DNA from: Octopus vulgaris
Lineage: Eukaryota
Direction: 5' to 3'
Assembly: GCA_951406725.2 (NCBI GenBank)
Contig: OX597841.1
Coordinates: 682,001 to 746,000, forward strand
Length of the DNA: 64,000 nt
The stretch's first letter is position 1. Each line of letters begins with the position of its first letter. The translations under genes were made by a program, and so were the position numbers. The notes under the pieces were generated by a model. It saw only the letters and a list, made by a program, of their open reading frames with translations. It did no database searches and was not told the origin of the DNA. This document shows positions 13,742-36,369 of this stretch, piece by piece.

Positions 13742-14560
13742 TTGGTGGGGGAAACAAGGAGGATGCGTGTGTGTGTTTGTGTGTCAGGGTTTGTTTTTAC
13801 ATGTGCTGGGGCTGGTGGGGTAGTCCATTCCATTTCAGGTGTGTTGTCTGAAATGTCTTTCCTTCTGGCCTCCACATCTGGTGTCTCTGCTCCACTTCTG
13901 ATGTCTCTCCTTCAGAGGTTGCCTCGGCTGTCGTTGAAGGTGCAGTATCTTTTCCAGGAGGTGGGAGAGCCAAAGCTTCCTCGGAAGGATGCGTCCACTG
14001 TGCTCTTATGTGGCCCTTTTGACCACATTGGTATCATCTGGGCTTCCTGCCCTCGACCATCACTCGAAGCCTGGTCTCCTCCCCCACCTGTATAGTATCG
14101 ACAATTTCCCTCAAATCAGCAGGGGCTGCTTTTATTACAGGGCAGGGACATCTCTAGTCCCTGCCCTTGCCAGATTTGTTGTTCTATTTTGGTTGCTTGG
14201 AAGTTGGATATTTTATCCTCCAGCCCCATCACAAGTGCCGCCACCAACCAGGTAACGATCACATCTGGCGGAATTACTCCAACCTTTATCTTGGAAGTGC
14301 ATCTTCCAAGATATGTGGGTAGGAGGACCACCTCTGCAGTTTTCAGGGATGCCATGGAATGTTGTCTGGCCTTTCCTTCAGTTGCGTATTTCTTGCGCCT
14401 GGCCAAGTAGGCGACATCCTGCTGTGCTGACCTGAGGAATTTCACCACGGCTTCTTTCGAAGACATCCAATTTCTCGTTCTTTATAATAAACGTTTTGTA
14501 AACAATAGTACAACGGGACGCGTAGTGCGTCCCACCAGGGGACGGGTCACTTTGAATCAG
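13742..14560 (-). mobile_element. Decayed LINE ORF1 (gag-like zinc knuckle); copy at 57440-57990
   Basis: Minus strand ...RVMVEGRKPR*YQCGQKGHIRAQW = degenerate CX2CX4HX4C, preceded by KIKVGVIPPDV..TWLVAAL. Confidence 0.6.
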
Positions 14561-14589
14561 TCCTTTATACTTGATGAGTTCGTTTTGGT

Positions 14590-15091
14590 CAATGAAAGAA
14601 GACGTATTTGAAAGCTTGGTGTATTTTCTCTTCTGTGGAGAAATACTGTCGTATTAGTGAACAAGCTTGATCTTAGTGGATAGTCTGTGTGTTTTGGTCA
14701 TTTCGGGCACATCTGAGTCTGTAATTAATACTGATAAGGGAACATCGGACTGAGAGCAGGCATTTATGAAGACTCCTTAATCGGTAGAGCAAAATATTAA
14801 GAGTAGAAGACAGGATAGATCAGCGGAAAACGTGACGTTAATGAGTAGTTCTGATATCAACCGTTCACATAACGAACTACGGCGTAGTCACCCCTGAGTC
14901 ACCTCAAATTAATAATATATTAATATATTTTATTAATATATTAATAAAAATCTACATATTCATATTTTGAGTTTGCATCAATTGTACCTATACATACATA
15001 CATACATATACATATACACACATACATACATATATACATACATACATACATGCATACATACATACATACATACATACACACACACATATAT

Positions 15092-15125
<34 letters not shown>

Positions 15126-18005
15126 GCAAGCTTTCTTTGTAGTTTAGAACTTGCATTAACGAATCTATACATTTTAATCCCAGTTCAGGGGCCATGAGAT
15201 GTGTGTGTGTGCGAGTGTGCGCGTATGAGTGTGAATCTGCAATTGTTACCTTTGTAATTAAGATTCACTGAAGCAAAAATCACTTGCGTGTTTATTTGTC
15301 AAGAAATATTGATATCTTTTAAAGTCAACAATGAGTGATTGAACCTGTGTTTGATGCAGATATATGAACGTGTCCTCATCGCCTTATCAGCGTGACGGAT
15401 TTGATTGCATTTCTCCATTGGAAATCTTTGGCCTGGCGAGGTCACCAGTTCAGCCATTGTATCCCCTACACAAGCACCATCACCAGCAACTATTACTAGA
15501 ATGTCAGCATCAGAAACACAACAGCAACAGCATTATCAACATCGGACCGACTTCTATAATTAAATTTGCATAATCTCTCTATGTTTGGTGAAACGCTTGA
15601 CTCTACTCAAGGAGTCCTCTTCTTCATAGAAATATAAGAAAACGTATTCAAAAGCTTCGTGTATTTTCTTTTTCTTCCGGGGAGAAACACTAGCACATTA
15701 GTAAGCAAGTTTGATCTTAGAGGATGGTATAAATGCACAGACTCTGCTCTTTGGTCATTTCTGACACACCTGACTGCGAGTAATACTGATTAGGGGACGT
15801 CGGACCGAGAGCAGTCATTTATGAAGATTCCTGAATCAGATGAGGAAAATATTGATAGAAGACTGTTGTTAACGTCCATCCAATCCAGCTGACCACCACT
15901 GGTGATCCACACAAGTCACGTTTTACCTGTTAATAAAGAATCCATATAAATATGATCAGAAGAAAATTGTGACCTTAATGAACTGTCCTGATATCAACCG
16001 TTCACATAACGAACTTCGTTGTAGGGGCTGCCTTCAACCTCAGTGAAAGTGGGTTTTTTTCTATATCGCGTGGTATTTCATGTCAACGACTGTGTGTAAT
16101 GATTAGAATGTGTAAGGATTAAAATGAAGTTGTGTGAACGTCTGTGTTTGTGTATGTGTATTTAAGTACGTGTGTTTGTGTGTTTGTGTGCGTGTTAAGT
16201 TTACTATGCGTGCATTGTGAAGAGGACGCGAATTTGTGCTGTTTATATGAAGTCTATTTTATAAGGTCTAGCTGCCATATAGAGGTCTCCCGCTGGATGG
16301 TACATACTGCCATATTTGATGGCATAACAGATGAACATGCAGTCTCACGTGGACAATTCACATTTTGTTTCAAGCAGAAATTCAAGAGAAACGTCCAGAA
16401 TTGACCAACACGAAGGGTGTTGTTTTCCAACATGATAATGCAAGACTGCACGTTTCTTTGAGAACCAGACAAAAATTGCTGCAGCTCGGCTGGGATGTGT
16501 TATCTCTCCCTCCATATTCACCAGATATTGCTCCTTCGGATTTCTACTAATTCAGGTCTCTGCAGAATAGTCTTAATGGTAAAAATTTCAATTCCTTGGA
16601 TGACGAAAAAAGATATCTTGATGAATTCTTTGCCATGGAACTACCTCAATTCTGGGGAAAAGGGTATTTTCAAGTTAAAGGAAAGATGGAGACGCATTGT
16701 GCAACAAAATGGTTCATGTTTGGTTGATTAAAAAGTATTTATTGACCATTTTCTTTCCTTTAAAAATCGGCACGAACTTTCCGGACAACCCAATAGATTG
16801 ATAAGTACCTACGCACAAAACTCTCGGATCTTGAGTAAACATTTATAAAAATATACTTATTCATATTTTGAGTTTTATTATTCCTGTTACCGGCAGTTGT
16901 ACCTATATACACTTATATATCGTTGTAATTTAGAACCTGCGTTAAAGCAGCTATAGATTTTAACTCAAGTCCAAGGGCCATGAATCGTTATATGTGTTTG
17001 TGTGCATGCGTGCGTATCTCTGCAGGTGTTATATTTGTAGTTAGGAAGTAACGAAGTAAAAATTTTTGCGTCGGTTATTTGTCATGAAAAGAAGATATCA
17101 ATGATTAAAATTGATTGTGTTCCGTGCAGAAGTATGAACAAGTCCCCATTGTCCCAGCTACGTTGACGAATTTCAAAGCATTTCTTGATTGGAAATCTGC
17201 ATAGTAACGCTCGCTGTTCATCTTTTATATCTCATAAACACATCACCCCATCAACGGATGCTAGCACTATTATGTCACCATCATATACACCATAGCAACG
17301 ACATCCTCACCATCGCAACTACTTCAATAACTACTCAGCTGTATTTTTCTATGTGTAGTGTAGTACATGAATCTATTCAAGGATATCTTTTCTTCATAGC
17401 AATAAGAGAAGACGTATTCAAAAGTCTGGTGTATTTTCACTTCTGTGGAGAAATACAGACACATTAGTAAACAAGCTTGACCTCAGTAGATGCACTAACA
17501 GCAGTGGACAGTCTGTGAGTTTTGGTCATTTATGGACACACTTGAGTTTGTAAGTAATACTGATCAGAGAACATCGGACAGAGGGCAGTGACCAGTACTG
17601 GCATATATGAAGGGACCTGACATCTGTAGACTCTACTTTGGGGAACAGAAGAAAATATTGTGAACAGAAGACAGGCGGGAGATCAAAGGAAAATTGTGAC
17701 ATTAACGAGCAGTCCTGATATCAACCGTTCACATAACAAACTACTGTAGAGAGTCTGCCTTCATCTTCAGTGAATGTAAGTGTCATCTTTTATATCGCAT
17801 GGTATTTCGTGGTATTTCATGTGTACGACTATGTCTAATGAATAGAGTCCGTAAGGATTGAGATCAGGTTGTGTGAGTGTGTGTATTTGTGTATTTTTTT
17901 AAGGTCTAGCTACCATGTAGAGTTCTCCCTTATTGGCTGATTCATACTGCCATATTTGATGGCATAACAGATGCACATGCATATTACCTGCATCGCATTT
18001 GCAGC
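14590..18005. repeat. Locally repeated diverged ~1-kb unit of unknown origin (14590-14905, 15130-16345, 16850-18005; also ~305-620 and duplicates at 58-64 kb)
   Basis: Shared blocks gtttatttgtca, gaagacgtattcaaaag, aatactgat..g.acatcgga, ctgatatcaaccgttcacataac.aact. Confidence 0.7.
16363..16794 (+). mobile_element. Mariner (Tc1/mariner) transposase 3' fragment with right TIR
   Basis: FQHDNARLH...LGWDVL..PPYSPDIAPSDFY*FRSLQN; terminal cggcacgaactttccggacaacccaa-ta. Short remnants of the same end at 24565-24702 (-) and 45504-45645 (+). Confidence 0.92.
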
Positions 18006-18637
18006 AGCGAATATTCAGTATTAAAAAAATGTGAATTAACATTTAAATCTCAGACCTCATAAATGAATACTTTACTCTCTTTTACTCTTTTACTTGTTTC
18101 AGTCATTCGAATGTGGCCATGCTGGAGCACCGCCTTTAGTCGAGCAAATCGAGACAAGGGCTTATTCTTTGTAAGCCTAGTACTTATTCTACTGGTATGT
18201 TTGGCCGAACCGCTAAATTACGGGGACGTAAACACACCAGCATCGGTTGTCAAGCGATGTTGTGGGGACAAACACAGACACACAAACACCCACACACACA
18301 TATATATATATATACATATACATATATACGACGGGCTTCTTTTCAGTTTCCGTCTACCGAATCCACTCACAAGGCGTTGGTCGGCCCGAGGCTATAGTAG
18401 AAGACACTTGCCCAAGGTGCCACGCAGTGGGACTGAACCCAGAACCATGTGGTTGGTAAGCAAGCTTCTTTCCACACAGCCACTCCTGCTTCAAATATTT
18501 TACCCGGATCCAGGCACCATTAATTGAAGCCCAAGCGGTTATTCCGTGAAACGCACGGAATAAGTGTAAGCTTAACGATGAAAAAGAAAATGAAATTATT
18601 CAGCGATAAAGATGTTTTTCATTAGATGAGGCGGATG

Positions 18638-18730
<93 letters not shown>

Positions 18731-19003
18731 GTATTTCGTGGTATTTCGTGTGTACGACTATGTGTAATGAATAGAGTCCGTAAGGATTAAGATCAGGTTG
18801 TGTGAGTGTGTGTATTTGTGTATTTTTTTAAGGTCTAGCTACCATGTAGAGTTCTCCCTTATTGGCTGATTCATACTGCCATATTTGATGGCATAACAGA
18901 TGCACATGCATATTACCTGCATCGCATTTGCAGCACATACCCAAGGCACACAAAGCTGCGCTCGGTAGTGAAGTGAAAGCACGCTATAAAAATAAAACTA
19001 CTC

Positions 19004-19034
<31 letters not shown>

Positions 19035-19052
19035 TTAATATTAATAATAATA

Positions 19053-19143
<91 letters not shown>

Positions 19144-20000
19144 GATGATGATGATGAGGTGGAGGAGGAGGAGGAGGCGGATGTATATTCTAGATGCCTG
19201 AGAAGAAAGTATTACTTCAAATAACACTGAATAACTTAATCCACCTGTTTTTTTTCTGCATTTGTACATTCGTTTGACAACAACGCAGGAATCTCGAATG
19301 AATTTAAGCTCCCACCAGATTGGCTGAGGAAAGTGAATATTTTACAGCACTTTTGGTTGAGATTGTAAATTTTATTGTGCAGAAAGACTGGCAATTATAA
19401 CAGTTTCTTTTTTTAATTATCTAAAGTGAAAACTAATATAATAATACCCTTAATCGATAACTTTCGATGTTTTTGCCCAATTCGCACACATATTCATGCA
19501 GCTCTTTCTCGATGTATGGTTAATGCATGTAATTTAAGCAGGACTTCGTTTATCGGCCCCGAAGCAATACTTGAAACATTTTCGCGGGTATTATATGCAT
19601 CTTATATGCCATAAAATAGGCTATTTACTTACAGAACGTTACGCTTTCGATTTCACCCTTATAATTCATGAATCAATACCCTGTTAAGTCGGTAGTCGAG
19701 TCTAAATAGTCATAATTAATCGTAAACTGTGTGTATAGCTTTCTTAGCCAAATCTTTGTATTGTCGTAACAGTAATGGCTAAGCTGACTGTCCATGTTAC
19801 AGATCTGTGAACTCTATGCTCTCACCCACACACCACCAAATATAGAAAGAGGATACTCAAACTGACGGGTGTATAAGAGTTGCCCTTCAAAATACACTCT
19901 TCTCTAACTGGATGAGTAAATGCGACTTACCTAAGTCCACGTTGCAATTCCTGGATGATCCAATCGGATGATTCTCTCAGATAGAAACGCCTGGGCAGAA

Positions 20001-20255
20001 AGGCGGCGAACTGGCAGAAACGTTAGCACGCCGGGCGAAATGCTAAGCGGTATTTCGTCTGCCGCTACATTCTGAGTTCAAATTCCGCCGAGGTCGACTT
20101 TGCCTGTCATCCTTTCGGGGTCGATTAAATAAGTACCAGTTACGCACTGGGGTCGATATAACCTACTTAATCCGTTTATCTGTCCTTGCTTGTCCTCTCT
20201 GTGTTTAGCCCCTTGTGGGTAGTAAAGAAATAGAAATAGGTATTTCGTCTGTCTT
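20001..20255 (+). mobile_element. SINE family 2; copies 7965-8370 (internally duplicated) and 51808-52037
   Basis: ggcggcga.ctggcagaa.cgtta...gagttcaaattcc (A/B-box-like) followed by ttcatcctttcggggtcgat.aa..aagtaccag. Confidence 0.82.
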
Positions 20256-21098
20256 TATGTTCCCGCACACACACACAATTTACGGCCTCCACAAACTATT
20301 CGTAAACCAAATTATCTCTCAAGGCATTGGTCGGTCAGCAGCTGTTTTAGAAGATGCTTGCCCATTGTACCATGCAGTGGGACTGAAACCGAACCACTTG
20401 CTGCAGTTCACGTTTTTTAACCGTAATCCAAATCTCTTAACCTTTGTCTGTCATGCTTCTTCTCTCTCCGTCCTTGATTGCTCTAAAGGAACAGAACGGA
20501 ACGTTACCATTTGCTATCAGCGTCGTTGCAGGATTTGATCCCGAAAACTTTCCCGTGGTTGAATATTGTTGCAAAGAAACGGGGTTTCCATCCCTTAAAC
20601 GTGTTTCCCCCTCCACCCACCGGGCTAATGACCTTCACCTGCCAAAATTGACTTGTCAATTAACCCATAGTTGGAACTCTGACACTTTTTACTGTTCCAA
20701 GTCAGAATAGACGTGGAAACACAAGTAGCTAAGAGGTGTTTCCACACTCCTCAAAACGTTGGAAAACCTCAAAGAGGCCCCACTACTTGATGCCGTTTAA
20801 ATCATAACCAGGAGCTGCGCCTTTGTTAATAACAATAATGTATCTTAAAAGTTTCGTTTTAAATCGTAATTAATTTCTTTTTCGTGTTCTGTTTCAGATA
20901 TCTTCAATCCCACACAAACTTATTTTTGTCCCGCTTGAAGGGTTTCTTTCTGTTACTCCCTTACACTTTTCTACACTCTCTTACTCGTTCTCTTTCTAAA
21001 TATTAAATTTTACCTTGTCCTTTCTTTCTCCCTTCTTTCTCTCTCTGGCAATCATAGAGCCAAGAATGTCCCTGTTTCCTTTTACCCGTCCTGCGGCA

Positions 21099-30564
<9,466 letters not shown>

Positions 30565-30592
30565 AATTTATCCAGCACATGATACTATTGTT

Positions 30593-31437
30593 GTTGTTAA
30601 CGTCAATCCAATCCTGCTGACCACCACTAGTGATCTCAGTAGGTCAAGTATTACCTGTTAATAAAGAATCCATATAAATATTCTGTGTTGTTAACGTCCA
30701 TCCAATCCTGCTGACTACCACTAGTGATACCACTAGGTCAAGTATTACCTGTTAATAAAGAATCCATATAAATATTCTAAGATGTATACGTCCATCCAAT
30801 CCTGCTGACCACCACTAGTGATACCAGTACGTCAAGTATTACCTGTTAATAAAGAAACCATATAAATATTCTAAGATGTTAACGTCCATCCAATCCTGCT
30901 GACCACCACTAGTGATACCAGTAGGTCAACTATTACTTGTTAATAAATAATCCATATAAATATTCTAAGATGTTAACGTCCATCCAATCCTGCTGACCAC
31001 CACTAGTGATCCCAGTAGGTCAAGTATTACCTGTTAATAAAGAATCCATATAAATATTCTAAGATGTTAACGTCCATCCAATCCTGCTGACCACCACTAC
31101 TGATACCAGTAGGTCAAGTATTACCTGTTAATAAAGAATCCATATAAATATTCTAAGATGTTAACGTCCATCCAATCCTGCTGACCACCACTACTGATAC
31201 CAGTAGGTCAAGTATTACCTGTTAATAAAGAATCCATATAAATATTCTAAGATGTTAACGTCCATCCAATCCTGCTGACCACCACTACTGATACCAGTAG
31301 GTCAAGTATTAACTGTTAATAAAGAATCCATATAAATATTCTAAGATGTTAACGTCCATCCAATCCTGCTGACCACCACTAGTGATCCCAGTAGGTCAAG
31401 TATTACCTGTTAATAAAGAATCCATATAAATATTCAA
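30593..31437 (+). repeat. 94-bp tandem repeat x9 in the gene B 3' UTR, each unit carrying AATAAA
   Basis: Unit gttaacgtccatccaatcctgctgaccaccactagtgat..cagtaggtcaagtattacctgttAATAAAgaatccatataaatattctaagat; starts at 30596, 30690, 30784 ... 31348 (period 94). Confidence 0.95.
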
Positions 31438-31486
31438 AGTCCGTCTTTCGAGTTGTGATTGGCTTCTCTGACCCCAGAGACTGAGC

Positions 31487-31539
<53 letters not shown>

Positions 31540-32200
31540 TTCTAGTTCTTACTAAATGCTTTGCACCTTAGGTAAGTGTCTTCTACGAAAGCCTTCTGAG
31601 TGGATTTAGTAGGCGGGAACCGAAAGAAACATGTCGTTTGTGTGTGTGTGTGTGTGTGTTTTTGTATGTATGTGTGTGTGTGTGTTTTTATGCGTGTGCT
31701 TGCCACCCTCCCCACCAACATCGCTTGATAAACGATGCTGGTGTGTTTACGTCGCCGTAACTTTGTGGGTCGGCAAAAGAGACCGATAGAATAAGTACTA
31801 GGCTTACAAAGAATAAGGCCTGAAGTTGATTTGTTCTACTAAAGGCGATGCTCCAGCATGGCCGCTGTCAAATAACTGAAATAAATACAAGAAAATAATA
31901 ATAAAAGGCTAGTATTCTGATTTCGAATTTAAACCTTAAGTTCGGGATGAGGTCGATCTTATAGCAGTTTATATATATTGTTAAAATCTTTTATCCTTTA
32001 TGGAAAATGATGTAAACCTCTGTAGAGACAACTGGAATTTCAGAAGTATAAGTGACTAATATCAAAGAAGAACCAACGGTATCCCCTAGTATATATACAT
32101 ATATAGAATCTCCAATATCGTTAGTCGATATAGAGCAAAACTGGTGTACACTTGGATAAAATTTATCCCTAGGATAAAACAACCTCTTTTCATACAAACT

Positions 32201-32255
<55 letters not shown>

Positions 32256-32257
<2 letters not shown>

Positions 32258-32561
32258 AAGCGCAATGGACCATTGGTTCAGGCAGCTGACTGGCGGTTGT
32301 AGGATCGCGGTTTCTATTCCCAGACCGGGCTTTGTGAGTGTTTATTGAGCGAAAACACCTAAAGCTCCACGAGGCTGCAGCAGGGGGTGGTGGCGGTCCC
32401 TGCTGTACTCTTTCACCACAACTTTCTTTCACTCTTTCTTCTGTTGGCCTGCTTTCTTAGCCAGTGGGGTGGCGTCATTTGAAGGGTAAAACAATGCGAA
32501 GCACATTGTGACCAGCGATGTGTAGCAACATGTGATAGCTTGGTCGGTCACGGTGACCACG

Positions 32562-32565
<4 letters not shown>
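32256..32565 (+). mobile_element. tRNA-derived SINE family 3; copies 26800-26965 (+) and 37776-38085 (-)
   Basis: Head gcgcaatgg.c..tggtt.ggca...ggtttcgattccc followed by shared body gagcgaaaacacctaaagctccacgaggct. Confidence 0.8.
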
Positions 32566-32608
<43 letters not shown>

Positions 32609-32806
32609 AATCTCTGAACGAAATATAACAGTGACTGCACGACACGTGAGGTATATTTGCCATCTCAATATGGCTAACCACTAAGTGCTGGTGTTACTGT
32701 AGCTTGTAGCCCCAGGAGAACATCTACTCCAGCTGGCTTTAGGCACCCTTTCTGTGCCCTTAAGGTATTTGCACACAACAATTCCACTATTACTACTCAC
32801 AGTAAG

Positions 32807-32849
<43 letters not shown>

Positions 32850-32865
32850 AGAAAACATCACTTAC

Positions 32866-33265
32866 CGTGGTTCCATACGACTTTCATTTTTGTGTCAGAA
32901 TAACGGATTGAAGGAGAATGATCTTTGTAACCAAACGAATAAGATGGCGGAAGCTCATCGAGAACCAGCCAGCCGCTTACTTTTGTACTTGTGTTGCCTT
33001 TTGTTATATAGAAGCTATATTTTCCTCTGTGAAGTTAACAAAAGTTGGTTGGGTTTCAGAATATGAAAATCTAAACATTTATGAAATATATATCAATATA
33101 GGCGCAGGAGTGGCTGCGTGGTAAGTAGCTTGTTTACCAACCACATGGTTCCAGGTCCAGTCCTACTGCGTGGCACCTTGGGCAAGTGTCTTCTACTACT
33201 AAAGCCTTGGGCCGACCAAAGCCTTGTGAGTGGATTTGGTAGACGGAAACTAAAAGAAGCCCGTC

Positions 33266-33358
<93 letters not shown>

Positions 33359-33896
33359 TTGTGTGTCTGTGTTTGTCCCTCTAGCATTGCTTGACAACCG
33401 ATGCTGGTGTGTTTATGTCCCCGTCACTACGCGGTTCGGCAAAAGAGACCGATAAAATAAGTACTGGTTTTACAAAGAATAAGTTCCGGGATCGAGTTGC
33501 TCCATTAAAGGCGGTGCTCCAGCATGGCCGCAGTCAGACGACTGAAAAAAGTAAAAGAGAGTAAAAGAGAGTATGTCCGCAATACACAATTGAATCGGTC
33601 AGTGTTCAAAATAGCCTTCAGTGTATCATACTTAAACTATATATCTGTAGCCTACGAAAAGTGATTCTTAATATTATATTTCTTTACATAACGAAACGAA
33701 AGAAAATAAGAAAAAAAGATATGTAAATATACTTATTTAGCTCCACTGAGAAACGCAATTTTGTGGCTGAAGCTAGATCGTCCCATGGTGAACTTTTCAA
33801 ATTTTCCAGAGAGAACCAGGTTTTAAGGGTTGTATTTCGTCCATCAAATATCATAGTTACCACATCTGTTTGGTTTTCGTAGAGCACCAGTTTCAC
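32866..33896 (-). pseudogene. Orphan paralog D: exons 3 and 4 only (gene fragment or alternative cassette)
   Basis: Exon 3 33896-33733 (VKLVLYENQTDVVTMIFDGRNTTLKTWFSLENLKSSPWDDLASATKLRFSVELNK) and exon 4 33026-32866 (GKYSFYITKGNTSTKVSGWLVLDELPPSYSFGYKDHSPSIRYSDTKMKVVWNH). Intact splice sites and frame. No own exons 1, 2 or 5 seen nearby. Confidence 0.75.
33100..33572 (+). mobile_element. tRNA-derived SINE family 1; other copies (-) 5128-5553, 18070-18489, 48973-49401, partial 29310-29975, 31540-31895, 38415-38770, 41128-41855, 47810-48020
   Basis: tRNA-like head ggcgcaggagtggctg.gtggtaag...ggttcagtccca, internal (TA)/(TG) tract, tail ...gcatggccgcagtca..tgactgaaacaagtaaaagagtaaa. Confidence 0.88.
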
Positions 33897-34068
33897 CTGC
33901 AAAAGAAATGTTCATTAGTTGGTTCATAAACTTTAGGACATTAAAATGTTAACTTATATATTTATTAAAATGATAATTCTAATTACATACATACATATAC
34001 TATATCATTCTATGTATATAAAATAATAATACACGCAATTATTAAAAAACTTGAATATAAATTATTAT

Positions 34069-34099
<31 letters not shown>

Positions 34100-34104
34100 C
34101 ATAC

Positions 34105-34159
<55 letters not shown>

Positions 34160-34197
34160 CATATCGACATCTCTCTCTTCCTCTCTCTCAATATATG

Positions 34198-34255
<58 letters not shown>

Positions 34256-34466
34256 ATATATATGACATGAACTAAGATTCACCTGATATCCACGCACATT
34301 ACGGATTTTACTGTAATGATCCCGGGAATATGGACTAAGTTCGTACGAAATATGCAACTTGCGGAAATACGCGTAGCGAGGGATTAAAATACTTATAAAT
34401 CCCATTCATGGATTATTATGACTATAACTATGTTTATCCTACTTTGAATCGGAACACCTCGGTACA

Positions 34467-34615
34467 ATTCCATAAAAACGCTGTTGCAGGTTCGAATCAT
34501 TGGACGTCAGCCGACGCAATGAAATAGCAGTTTTTATATGAGTACTCAAAAAACGAGCTTTTCTGTGTGTACGTGTGTGCATGTGTGTGCATGCTTGCGT
34601 CTGTTTGTGCGCGTT

Positions 34616-34648
<33 letters not shown>

Positions 34649-35990
34649 ATTTGTATACTTAAACTTCGAACACCAAGAACAAGTGTTCAACACCGTTTTG
34701 GTGGATAAAATTCGTCTATTTAAGCTACCATTAGTTACACGTTCAGATGAACTTCTTAATATCTGAACAATTTTGAAAGCTAATTGCCCGCAAGGAATGA
34801 CATTCGGCTCTATTCTGGAGGAAAACACGAAAAATCTCAGGAAAAATTTCCTGAATTTACATGACATCGATTCTATGACATATAGAATCAAGTAATCAAG
34901 GGAAGTTACTCTCTAATGACAACTTTTGATTGATTACCTCCCTTGGATTTAAATACTTTCTTGGATGGTGAATTTGCATCATATCATATTATGTTATATT
35001 CTTGGTGTATGTGGAGGGAATTCCTCGGGGTAGGGGTGGCATGTGTAGAGTTCATGTGTTGTATATATTGAATGTTCACGCATCGAGAAAGAAACTATCC
35101 TGCTGGGATTGTTGGCATGGGAGTCTCCTCTTTGACATGTCGGAGTATGAAATATTGCTTGTGTATGTAGCGAGAGAAGGTCTCATCCCTAATATTTAAG
35201 ATATTATCTGTTGACTGTATGATATTTAGCTTTTCAGTGATACAGAGCTAATCATTGTAAAGTATACTAGCCATCTCAATATGGCTAACCACTAAGGGTG
35301 GGTGTTACTGTAGCTTTTAGCCCCAGGAGATCATCGTCTCCAGCTGGCTTTAGGCACACTTTCTGTGCGCTTATGGTATTTGCAAATACCATAAATATAT
35401 ACAACACATGAACTCCACACATGCCACCCCTACCCCGAGGAATTCCCTTCACATACACCAAGAATATAACATAATATGATATGATGCAAATTCACCATCC
35501 AAGAAAGTATTTAAATCCAAGGGAGGTAATCAACCAAAAGTTGTCATTAGAGAGAAACTTCCCTTGATTACTTGTTTCTATATGTCATAGAATCTACGTC
35601 ATGTAATTCAGGAAATTTTCCCTGAGATTTTTCGTGTTTTCCTCCACAATAGAGCCGAATGTCATTCCTTGCGGGCATTTAGCTTTCAAAAGTGTTAAGA
35701 TATTAAGAAGTTCATCTAAACGTGTAACTAATGGTAGCTTAAATAGACAAATTTTATCCGCCAAAACGGTGTTGAACACTTGTATTCGACTTTTAAGTAT
35801 ACTAATACACTCGCGCGCACACACACACACACACACACAAAAACGCGCACAAACATACGCAAGCACGCACACACATGCACACATGTACACACACACAAGC
35901 TCGTTTTTTGAGTACTCATATAAAAACTGCTATTTCATTGCGTCGGCTGCCGTCCAATGATTCCTACCTGCAACAGCAGTTTTATGGAAT
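34467..35990. repeat. Inner inverted repeat: ~600-bp arms (34467-35069 / 35394-35990) with ~325-bp spacer
   Basis: Direct reverse-complement match, e.g. 34870-35069 vs 35394-35594. Confidence 0.92.
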
Positions 35991-36281
35991 ATCTGCGTGT
36001 TTGCATACGTAGATATTAACAAGTGAAACCATGGTACGTAGGTAATCGTTTTTTATTCCGTATATTTTCATTTGTCTCGCTTATTTTTACATTTTGGCGT
36101 TTTGCTGAGATTTTGCTTGAGAACACACCCTTCGTGGTAATGGCGATTTGACGTCTATGTTTAGCATATTAGGTGTCCTCTTGATTTTGTATGTACGCAA
36201 TTTTTAATCTTCGGATGTTTTAAATATGCTAAGCCACTGGTTTCAATTGATTAATATCAATTTCTACTCTTATTGTTTAAT

Positions 36282-36314
<33 letters not shown>

Positions 36315-36369
36315 AGGTCCCGGGTTGAGTCGGGGTTAACCACAGTAAATAAGGTACTCAATACATTGC

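Noticed and set aside
16363-16731. Functional mariner transposase or SETMAR-like domesticated gene
   Set aside because: Only the C-terminal third is present, with an in-frame stop and a frameshift.
20444-20710. 88-aa ORF upstream of gene B
   Set aside because: No motif, no start context and no paralogous conservation upstream of A or C.
30593-31437. 94-bp arrays (also 38862-39798) as CRISPR arrays
   Set aside because: Whole units repeat with no unique spacers beyond a ~6-nt variable junction; no cas genes; eukaryotic 3' UTR context.
33100-33180. tRNA genes at SINE heads (also 26800-26870, 32256-32330)
   Set aside because: They continue into shared SINE bodies and lack a clean cloverleaf with acceptor stem.
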